This document shows positions 25,125 through 32,000 of a stretch of 32,000 bases of DNA, in pieces. The translations under genes and the position numbers were made by a program. Each line of letters opens with the position of its first letter. Within the stretch, counting starts at the first letter, position 1. The stretch is taken from the NCBI GenBank assembly GCA_001897305.1, contig MKSO01000001.1, positions 780,001-812,000 on the forward strand. The letters run 5' to 3'. The notes beneath the pieces are model-generated. The model was not told the origin of the DNA. It saw only the letters and a list, made by a program, of their open reading frames with translations, and did not search any database. Source of the DNA: Candidatus Saccharimonadota bacterium. GTDB lineage: Bacteria; Patescibacteriota; Saccharimonadia; Saccharimonadales; Saccharimonadaceae.

Positions 25125-25530
25125 AAATTTCAGCTACTTTTGGACCAACGCCATAAAATTTTTGGATACGTTTAGAAAATTCGTCTTCATCAAGGCTACT
25201 ATCAAGTACAAATAGAAGTGACCCTTCGTACTCGCGAATGAGCCGCTCCATACATAGTTTTAAAGCCCGCGCCGTAACATGTTGATAGCGCGTATACCCT
25301 CCGGCGTGTAAAACTCGGACAAGTTGTAGTTCTGATGCCGAATCAATTGCCCATGGAGTGTCGAGCTTTTTATCAATAAACAGTTTCCAGGTTTGCACTG
25401 CAGACTCAGAACGAATTGGCTTACCAAACAAATAGCACAGCAAAAACCAACGAAACAAATCAGTATCACTCGATAGAACATCCAGGTCGAATTCAGCAGC
25501 AGTATGAGTCTTAGGGGCTTTGCGTGCCAT
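25081..25530 (-). CDS. HhH-GPD-superfamily (endonuclease III-like) protein, function uncertain
   Basis: Helix-hairpin-helix FYGVGPKVAEIF near the C-terminus. I prefer ATG 25530 (MARKAPK...) because TATAAT lies 7 nt upstream; the track start is GTG 25548. Confidence 0.55.
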   Translation of the reverse strand: MARKAPKTHTAAEFDLDVLSSDTDLFRWFLLCYLFGKPIRSESAVQTWKLFIDKKLDTPWAIDSASELQLVRVLHAGGYTRYQHVTARALKLCMERLIREYEGSLLFVLDSSLDEDEFSKRIQKFYGVGPKVAEIFTRETEEYFARRVE

Positions 25531-25537
25531 CAGTCTT

Positions 25538-25543
25538 ATTATA
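25538..25543 (-). promoter_or_regulatory. -10 box TATAAT, 7 nt before ATG 25530 (leaderless-type)
   Basis: Read directly from the sequence. No SD is present. Confidence 0.45.
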
Positions 25544-25563
25544 CTCACTTGTGCGAGAAGAGG

Positions 25564-26277
25564 TTAGCTTCCCCATGCTTCGGCATCATACAACCACCGA
25601 ACCTCAGCGCCATTTTCTTCAGCAACTTGAGCAGCTACGGCTACAGGCACTCCGCCTTGCAAACGAGCCTTGCGCAATGCATCGTGTTTGCTTGCACCCG
25701 TGGCAAAAATAACGAGTTCAGCTATATGCTCGAGTGCCTTTAACGAAAAACTAATGCGTTGCGCTGGTGGTTTTGGTGAATTGTGAATAGGTATAACCCA
25801 TCGAGTCGAAGGCTGCATAAAGCCCGGGTTGTCTGGAAATAGTGAAAGCGTATGCCCGTCCTCACCAACGCCAAGCCACACTAAATCAAAGCGCTCAATT
25901 TCTAAAGCCGCTATTTTGGCGTCATAGGCTTCGGCTGTCCGTTCAACCGATTCTAAAATAGTGGGACCTAGTCGATGCATGGTATCGAATGCAGGATCGG
26001 CATCAAACAATGCTATGATCGTTCCCCAGTTTGAATCAGGTTCATCAAGCGGTACATAGCGCTCATCGCCCATCAATACTGTCACCTTACTCCAGTCGAC
26101 CACATCGGAAAAAGAGGCAATGAGCTCTTTGTAAGCAGCCAGTGGCGACGAGCCGCCGGCGAGCACCCAGGTAGCGGAACCGCGTTCGGAAATGGCAAGG
26201 TTTAAAATCTCAACTGCGTTTTCGGCGGCTGCCTTCGCAACGTCATCGGTAGTGTCGTAATTACGAATTTCCGTCAT
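25564..26277 (-). CDS. pgl: 6-phosphogluconolactonase
   Basis: LAGGSSP, LMGDERYVP and WLGVGEDGHTLSLFP motifs of the DevB/Pgl family. Confidence 0.88.
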   Translation of the reverse strand: MTEIRNYDTTDDVAKAAAENAVEILNLAISERGSATWVLAGGSSPLAAYKELIASFSDVVDWSKVTVLMGDERYVPLDEPDSNWGTIIALFDADPAFDTMHRLGPTILESVERTAEAYDAKIAALEIERFDLVWLGVGEDGHTLSLFPDNPGFMQPSTRWVIPIHNSPKPPAQRISFSLKALEHIAELVIFATGASKHDALRKARLQGGVPVAVAAQVAEENGAEVRWLYDAEAWGS

Positions 26278-26288
26278 CGCACGTTACT

Positions 26289-27800
26289 CTATTTGGCAAA
26301 TTCAACTGCCCGTGTTTCGCGGATCACATTTACCTTAATAGTGCCCGGGTACTGCATAGTGCTTTCAATTTTATTGGCAATGTCACGAGCTAGTTTTATA
26401 GCACTTAAATCATCGACACTCTCGGCTCGCACCATAACGCGAACTTCGCGACCCGCGCTAATAGCATAAGCTTTTTCAATGCCGCCAAAGCTATTGGCAA
26501 CGTTTTCGAGTTCACGCATGCGCTCGGCGAAGTTTTCAGCACTAATATTACGAGCGCCCGGTCGAGCAGCTGATAATGCGTCACAAACACGAACCACCAA
26601 GGCCTCTACCGTCGTCGCTTCAACGTCATCGTGGTGGGCTTCAATAGCGTGAACGATAGCATCGCTCATGCCGTACTTTCGAGCCAATTCCGCACCAATA
26701 TGGTGGTGCTTACCCTCTACCTTATGGGTAACAGCCTTACCGACGTCATGCAAAAGAGTAGCCGTTTTCGCAACACGAACATCGGCACCAATTTCTTCGG
26801 CAATAATACCCGCCATGTGGGCCATTTCGGTACTATGAAGCAATACATTTTGGCCATAACTCGTACGGTACTTCAGCTCACCCAGTAAATGAATGAGTTC
26901 TTTGGGAATACCAATAACGCCGACTTCGCGTGCGGCATCTTCACCAGCACGAGTGACTTCTTTCTCAATCTCTTTCTCGGCCTTAGCGACAACTTCTTCG
27001 ATACGGCCCGGGTGAATACGTCCGTCCTTCATGAGCATTTCAAGACTAAGACGTGCCACTTGTCGACGCAGTGGATCAAAGCTGGAAAGAATAATCATAC
27101 CAGGCGTGTCATCAACCAAAATATCAACACCAGTTGCCCGTTGAAGAGCCTGGATATTGCGACCTTCTTTACCAATAATGCGACCCTTCATTTCGTCATC
27201 CGTCAGCTTAATAGCCGTTACAGTACGTTCGGCGGTCACTTCACTACTCATGCGCTCCATAGCTTCTACTAAAATAAGTTGCGCCTGCTCTTCAGCGGTA
27301 TCTTTAGCGTCATTTTGCAGCTTGGCAACTAGGCCAGTAAGGTCTTGCTTAATATCACGCTCGGTCATTTCCAGAAGTTTTTCAGCGGCTTCTTTTTTCT
27401 TAAGGCCAGCTATCTTTTCAAGCTTTTCTTGTTGACGAGAACGAATCTCGCGAATCTCGTTCTTTAAAGCTTCAACTTCATCTTCTTGAGTGCGCAGTGA
27501 TTCGGCACGCTTGTCGAGTTCGTCAAGCTTTTTATCAAGGTTTGTTTCGCGCTCAGCAAGGCGGTTTTCTGTTTTCTCCCAACTTTTACGACGATCCGTC
27601 TCTTCTTTTTTGGCGTCTTCGGCCAATTTTAAGGCTTCATCTTTAGCCTTTAGTACAATATCGCCAGCCTTATTTTTAGCCTCGGCTATTACCTGATCCG
27701 CTTTGTGTTTCCCGCCAGCTCGACGTTGACGCTCGTACACAAAAGTACCCCCAACACCAGCAAACACTCCGATAAGTGCGGCGATTATTCCTTCTACCAT
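26289..27800 (-). CDS. rny: Ribonuclease Y
   Basis: N-terminal TM segment, a long coiled coil, a KH domain (GRIIGKEGRNI) and an HD domain (LLHDVGKA). I prefer ATG 27800, preceded by GAGGAAGG; the track start is TTG 27818. Confidence 0.93.
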   Translation of the reverse strand: MVEGIIAALIGVFAGVGGTFVYERQRRAGGKHKADQVIAEAKNKAGDIVLKAKDEALKLAEDAKKEETDRRKSWEKTENRLAERETNLDKKLDELDKRAESLRTQEDEVEALKNEIREIRSRQQEKLEKIAGLKKKEAAEKLLEMTERDIKQDLTGLVAKLQNDAKDTAEEQAQLILVEAMERMSSEVTAERTVTAIKLTDDEMKGRIIGKEGRNIQALQRATGVDILVDDTPGMIILSSFDPLRRQVARLSLEMLMKDGRIHPGRIEEVVAKAEKEIEKEVTRAGEDAAREVGVIGIPKELIHLLGELKYRTSYGQNVLLHSTEMAHMAGIIAEEIGADVRVAKTATLLHDVGKAVTHKVEGKHHHIGAELARKYGMSDAIVHAIEAHHDDVEATTVEALVVRVCDALSAARPGARNISAENFAERMRELENVANSFGGIEKAYAISAGREVRVMVRAESVDDLSAIKLARDIANKIESTMQYPGTIKVNVIRETRAVEFAK

Positions 27801-27981
27801 ATTGTAGTCCTTCCTCAAGAAAACCCGGCCAAGTGTTCATCTTGGCAAAAATGTAATCACAAGTTAACTTGAATGTTCAAAAATATTGGAAAGCCCGTCC
27901 ATCTTCACTATAAGAAAACATATAATGGGCTACTCTTATTGTAGTCTGGTTTGTAATTAGTTGGCAATGCTAATTTATAAC

Positions 27982-28368
27982 TTATTTACGCGGTTGGGTG
28001 ATGTTGGCTTCAGCGCCATATTCTGGCAGTACAATCTCATCGTTCTCGCCACGCTGAAGACGCTGCACGCCTTGTGTTTGCCAGTCATTACCTGTCTCTC
28101 CAACTATTGGAAGGTTTCGCGCGTAGGCTAACGAGTTGAGCACCGTAATGCCAATACGAAGGCCCGTAAAACTACCTGGACCCTTAAAAGCAACTAAGCC
28201 GGTAAGGTCATCCCAGGCTTTGTTGTACTTACCAAGATACTGCTCGAGATGAGCGAGTAACCCCTTGGCTAACTCACGACCCGACTCCCAGTTCTCTGTC
28301 ACAGACCAGTCACCGTCGATGAAGGTAATACGGCAGATTGGTGTTGATGTATCAAGAAGAAGTATCAT
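27982..28368 (-). CDS. tsaB: tRNA t6A biosynthesis protein TsaB, N-terminal-domain-only form (128 aa)
   Basis: MILLLDTST...GPGSFTGLRIGITVLNSLAYARNLPIVG. 4-nt overlap with tsaE. Confidence 0.8.
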   Translation of the reverse strand: MILLLDTSTPICRITFIDGDWSVTENWESGRELAKGLLAHLEQYLGKYNKAWDDLTGLVAFKGPGSFTGLRIGITVLNSLAYARNLPIVGETGNDWQTQGVQRLQRGENDEIVLPEYGAEANITQPRK

Positions 28369-28817
28369 GATATATCCTCTTTGCTTAAAAGCTCTTTATA
28401 TTCATCGGGTAATTCAATTGAGCGTTCGGTCTCACTAGGTGAAGCGAAAGTTATACTATAGTGCGTTTGGGGCAATACCCCCTCGACAATATCAGCCCAT
28501 TCAATAACTGTCACAGTTTTTGGGTCCTGGACCATTTCCGCCACTTCCGAGGCCATAATACCTGGGTCCGATAAACGGTAAAAGTCATAGTGTACAAGCT
28601 GTAAATTATCTCGCCCATCATATACACGACTAATGGTAAAACTTGGGCTCTGCACTTCATCACTGATGCCAAGACCTTGCGCTAGACCCTTAGTAAAAGT
28701 AGTTTTTCCAGCACCAACATCACCAACTAACTCAAACACTTCACCGCCCTTTAAGCTGGCGCCTATCCGAGCGCCTAATCGTCGGGTTTGTTCCGCGTTA
28801 TGTACCTCTATAATCAT
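28365..28817 (-). CDS. tsaE: tRNA t6A biosynthesis ATPase TsaE
   Basis: Walker A GDVGAGKTTFTKGLAQGLG, SPSFT and HYDFYRL motifs. Confidence 0.88.
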   Translation of the reverse strand: MIIEVHNAEQTRRLGARIGASLKGGEVFELVGDVGAGKTTFTKGLAQGLGISDEVQSPSFTISRVYDGRDNLQLVHYDFYRLSDPGIMASEVAEMVQDPKTVTVIEWADIVEGVLPQTHYSITFASPSETERSIELPDEYKELLSKEDIS

Positions 28818-28824
28818 CCGCTCT

Positions 28825-28833
28825 ATTATAGCA
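28825..28833 (-). promoter_or_regulatory. Extended -10 TGcTATAAT, 7 nt before ATG 28817 of tsaE (leaderless-type)
   Basis: Read directly from the sequence. No SD is present. Confidence 0.5.
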
Positions 28834-28866
28834 TCTTTCGCTCTGGCACTTTCGCACTCACTACAC

Positions 28867-28872
28867 TACAAT
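28867..28872 (+). promoter_or_regulatory. -10 box TACAAT, 14 nt before ATG 28887 of pilB
   Basis: It mirrors the tsaE -10 region: CGCTCTATTATA at 28819..28830 versus TACAATAGAGCG at 28867..28878. Confidence 0.35.
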
Positions 28873-28886
28873 AGAGCGTAAGCATT

Positions 28887-30674
28887 ATGCGCATTTCCGA
28901 TAACAGTCTGGAAACGTTGCTTGGGCGGGCAAACCTTGTAACTCCTGAGCAGTTAGCCTCTTTAAAAGATGAAGCGGCTCGTTCAAAGCGCCCTCTTCTC
29001 GACATAGTATATGAACAAAAAGCCGTTGATGAGAAAACGCTTGTTCAAGCCTTCGCCGAGGATAGTGGCATTCCGTATACGGATATTGATGCTCGCTCTA
29101 TTCCAACCGATGTACTCCAACGAATTCCCGAACGGGTTGCTCGCCAGTATATGGCCGTTCTGTTTAAGATTGATGATGACGGCGTGCATCACTTGGCTAT
29201 GGAAGACCCCGATGACGTTCAAGCGGTCAACTTTATCCAAAAAGAAATTGGTACAAACTCACGTATTTACATTGCCACCCGCGACAATATTTTAGCCGCC
29301 CTCGATATGTACCGTGGCGATGTCGACAAAGAACTTAATGAAGTTATTGAGGTGCAGCGAGTTGATGAAAACACCGAAAAAGATCAGCTTGTTTCAGAAA
29401 AAGATATCGCCGAAGACTCCCCTATTGCCCAAACGGTCAATCTTTTGCTTGAATACGCCATTCGCTCGCACGCCAGTGACATTCATATCGAACCGCGCGA
29501 AGAATACGTACAAGTGCGCTACCGCGTGGACGGTATCCTTAAAGAGGTAAACCGACTCCCTCGTAATGTACTGGGTGCTTTAGTGAGCCGTATTAAAATT
29601 TTATCCAACCTTAAGATTGACGAACGACGCGTACCGCAAGATGGCCGTTTTAAAACAATCGTGGGCGGCCGTAAGTACGCATTGCGTGTTAGCACCCTGC
29701 CAATTGCCGACGGCGAAAAAGTGGTTATGCGTATTCTTGATGAATCAAGCGAAGCCACAAGCCTTGACCACTTAGGCTATTGGGGCAAAGCCTTAACTGA
29801 TATCTCTCGCGAGATCCATGACCCGGACGGCATCGTCCTTATGACCGGCCCGACCGGCTCAGGTAAGTCAACCAGCTTGTTTAGTATTTTGTCGGAACTT
29901 AACACGCCCAGCGTAAACATTTCAACTATTGAAGACCCTGTTGAATATAAAATTAAGGGTGTTAACCAAACTCAGACCAATGCCAAGGCAGGGATGACAT
30001 TCGTCAATGGTTTGCGCGCCTTACTCCGTCAAGACCCGAACATCATTATGGTTGGTGAGATTCGTGACGGCGAAACGGCTAACCTGGCTATCCAGGCCGC
30101 CCTTACGGGCCACATGGTGTTTAGTACGCTTCACACCAACAACGCTGCGACTACCCTGCCTCGTCTGCTCGATATGGGTATCGAGCCCTTCTTGATTGCT
30201 AGTACAATCCGTGCAGTCGTGGGTCAGCGCCTTATTCGGCGCCTCCATGTCGAAACGCGCCAAAGCTACGTACCAAGCCCAGAGGAAAAAGCAGAACTCC
30301 TTCAGATGTTCCACATCCAGGAGGGTGAGAACTTTAAGATTATTCACGAGCTGGAAAAACAAGCCCTGGCCGCCGGACTTGGCGAAGGTCTTCCGCTCAG
30401 CACCGACGAACACGGTATCAAAAACCTATGGCGCGCCGATAAAGAGGCTAATACCGATGATGTCCACGAAGGCTATAGGGGACGACTTGGTATTTACGAA
30501 GTCCTCTATAACTCATCGAGCATTCAGAAGCTCATTATGGCGCGGGCAACCAGTGATGACATCCAACAGCAAGCAGTTCGCGAGGGCATGGTTACCATGC
30601 AGCTCGACGGCTTTATAAAGGCGCTGCGCGGTGAAACAACCATTGAAGAAGTTCTAAGGGTAACGCGAGAATAA
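28887..30674 (+). CDS. pilB: Type IV pilus assembly ATPase PilB (GspE family)
   Basis: N-terminal GSPII/MshEN-like domain, Walker A GPTGSGKST, Asp box, Walker B IIMVGEIRD and His box TGHMVFSTLHTN. Confidence 0.93.
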   Translation: MRISDNSLETLLGRANLVTPEQLASLKDEAARSKRPLLDIVYEQKAVDEKTLVQAFAEDSGIPYTDIDARSIPTDVLQRIPERVARQYMAVLFKIDDDGVHHLAMEDPDDVQAVNFIQKEIGTNSRIYIATRDNILAALDMYRGDVDKELNEVIEVQRVDENTEKDQLVSEKDIAEDSPIAQTVNLLLEYAIRSHASDIHIEPREEYVQVRYRVDGILKEVNRLPRNVLGALVSRIKILSNLKIDERRVPQDGRFKTIVGGRKYALRVSTLPIADGEKVVMRILDESSEATSLDHLGYWGKALTDISREIHDPDGIVLMTGPTGSGKSTSLFSILSELNTPSVNISTIEDPVEYKIKGVNQTQTNAKAGMTFVNGLRALLRQDPNIIMVGEIRDGETANLAIQAALTGHMVFSTLHTNNAATTLPRLLDMGIEPFLIASTIRAVVGQRLIRRLHVETRQSYVPSPEEKAELLQMFHIQEGENFKIIHELEKQALAAGLGEGLPLSTDEHGIKNLWRADKEANTDDVHEGYRGRLGIYEVLYNSSSIQKLIMARATSDDIQQQAVREGMVTMQLDGFIKALRGETTIEEVLRVTRE

Positions 30675-30677
30675 CCT

Positions 30678-31907
30678 ATGGCGAAATTTACATACATCGC
30701 CTCTGATACGCAGAATAATGTTATCAAAGGAAAGACTGAACTCCCCGACCGCCAAGCCGTCATTACGGCGCTTAATAAACAAGGCCTGCGCCCGGTTAGT
30801 ATTAAAGAGATCAAAGAGGGCGGCGGTTCTATTGATCTAAACAATCTGTTTGGACCCGGTAAAGTTAAGCAGGACCAGCTTGTAGCCTTTACTCGTCAGT
30901 TGAGCGCCATGGTGAGCGCTGGAGTACCTTTGCTTCGTTCGTTGAGTTCTATTCAGAAACACACCGAAGACAAAGCGCTTCAAAAATTACTCGCCGACGT
31001 CGTAAAAGAAGTTGAAGGCGGTATTCCGCTGGGCGATAGCCTGGCAAAACACCCCGAGACGTTTAGTGACATCTATGTAAACATGGTCCGAGCTGGTGAA
31101 GCGGCGGGTATTTTGGATGACATCTTGAAACGTCTGGCTGGTCAGCTCGAGAAATCGGCTGCTATCCGTAAGAAAATTAAGAGCGCCATGGCCTATCCGC
31201 TCGTACTGCTGAGTATTACAATCCTTGCCTTCTTCGGGTTGATGATTTTCGTTATTCCGCAAATTGGCGCTATTATTCAAAACCTGGGTGGCCCTGATGC
31301 TAAACTTCCAACAATTACTTTGGTTATGTTGGGTATTAGTGGTTTTATTACGAAGTATTGGTATATTCTTTTTCCAGCTATCGGCGGCGTCATTACCGCC
31401 CTTGTTCTGTACGTTAAAAGAAGCCCCAAAGGTAAACGACAATTTCACCTGCTTATTTTAAAAATACCCGCTATTAAAACCATCATACGAAAAATTTCGG
31501 TCGCCCGGTTTGCTCGTACTTTCTCGGCGCTCATGGGCGCAGGTGTTGCCGTGCTTGAATCACTTGATGTTACCTCAAGGGCTATTGGTAATGTCATTTA
31601 CGAAGAAGCCCTTAAATCGGCCGCCATTGATGTAAAAAACGGTAAACAGCTTTCGGTAGTGCTTGAATCAAACGACCTCTTCCCGTCTATTGTCTCGCAA
31701 ATGCTCGCGGTTGGTGAGGAAACCGGACAGACAGATACCGTCCTGGTCAAGGTAGCCGATTTCTACGAAGAGGAAGTTGACCTAGCAATTGATAGTATCA
31801 GCTCCATCATGGAGCCTGCTATGATCGTCGTGATGGGTGGTATGGTAGGTCTTATCGCCGCCAGTGTGATGGTACCTATTTCTCAGCTTTCATCAAACAT
31901 TAAATAA
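30678..31907 (+). CDS. pilC: Type IV pilus platform protein PilC (GspF family)
   Basis: Two GspF repeats (FTRQLSAMVSAGVPL... and FARTFSALMGAGVAV...) and 3 TM segments. It starts 4 nt after pilB. Confidence 0.93.
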   Translation: MAKFTYIASDTQNNVIKGKTELPDRQAVITALNKQGLRPVSIKEIKEGGGSIDLNNLFGPGKVKQDQLVAFTRQLSAMVSAGVPLLRSLSSIQKHTEDKALQKLLADVVKEVEGGIPLGDSLAKHPETFSDIYVNMVRAGEAAGILDDILKRLAGQLEKSAAIRKKIKSAMAYPLVLLSITILAFFGLMIFVIPQIGAIIQNLGGPDAKLPTITLVMLGISGFITKYWYILFPAIGGVITALVLYVKRSPKGKRQFHLLILKIPAIKTIIRKISVARFARTFSALMGAGVAVLESLDVTSRAIGNVIYEEALKSAAIDVKNGKQLSVVLESNDLFPSIVSQMLAVGEETGQTDTVLVKVADFYEEEVDLAIDSISSIMEPAMIVVMGGMVGLIAASVMVPISQLSSNIK

Positions 31908-31941
31908 CGCTTTTGGGTATGCTCTTCATATTGCTTACGCA

Positions 31942-31950
31942 TGCTATAAT
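31942..31950 (+). promoter_or_regulatory. Extended -10 TGcTATAAT downstream of pilC, followed by GAGGAAG
   Basis: Read directly from the sequence. The downstream gene start cannot be resolved before the window ends. Confidence 0.3.
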
Positions 31951-32000
31951 GAGGAAGTAATTGCATTCGTGGGCATATGTCAAAATTCTTTTATAACGAT

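Noticed and set aside
31961-32000. Start of a further gene after pilC (TTG 31961, GTG 31969 or ATG 31977)
   Set aside because: The TTG frame stops after 11 codons. The other two frames run off the window after fewer than 12 codons, so no call is possible.

Overview
This is a compact, almost fully coding bacterial chromosome segment of about 34 CDS and one tRNA. It uses the standard genetic code, because conserved proteins end at TAA, TAG or TGA and none needs UGA read-through. I saw no transposase, integrase, CRISPR array or rRNA.

Gene content on the minus strand:
- HrcA/CIRCE heat-shock regulon genes hrcA, grpE, dnaK and dnaJ.
- A long housekeeping operon, bcp-tilS-ftsH-murJ-lepA.
- rny-pgl and tsaE-tsaB.
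- An ArnT/PMT-like GT-C glycosyltransferase.

Gene content on the plus strand:
- An OpgC-like membrane protein, tRNA-Pro(UGG), a VIT1/CCC1 transporter and an EEP-family nuclease/phosphatase.
- Type IV pilus genes pilB and pilC at the right edge.

This mix of Gram-positive-type regulation (CIRCE, RNase Y), shortened HrcA and TsaB, type IV pili and tight gene packing suggests a reduced genome such as a Saccharibacteria-like (CPR) organism. That placement is inference only.

Main observations:
1. The canonical order hrcA-grpE-dnaK-dnaJ is kept but split into three units. Each unit has its own perfect CIRCE, and two cargo blocks lie between them.
2. In all three CIRCE elements the 9-nt spacer itself carries the -35 hexamer of the promoter.
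3. At least 11 genes have a -10 box only 6-8 nt upstream of the start codon, which suggests widespread leaderless mRNAs alongside a minority of strong-SD genes.
4. Two roughly 60% GC islands flank low-GC DNA. One encodes a GNAT acetyltransferase and the other a PgsA-like CDP-alcohol phosphatidyltransferase.
5. An unannotated 42-codon glycine-rich ORF has its own promoter and terminator.
6. A terminator-bounded candidate small RNA lies next to tRNA-Pro.
7. Tandem MATCAP/DUF1704-like metallopeptidase paralogues sit at the left edge.
8. A wHTH protein fused to a degenerate Nudix domain sits beside an orphan 2OG-Fe(II) oxygenase.

All functional calls come from motif recognition by eye. No database search was possible.
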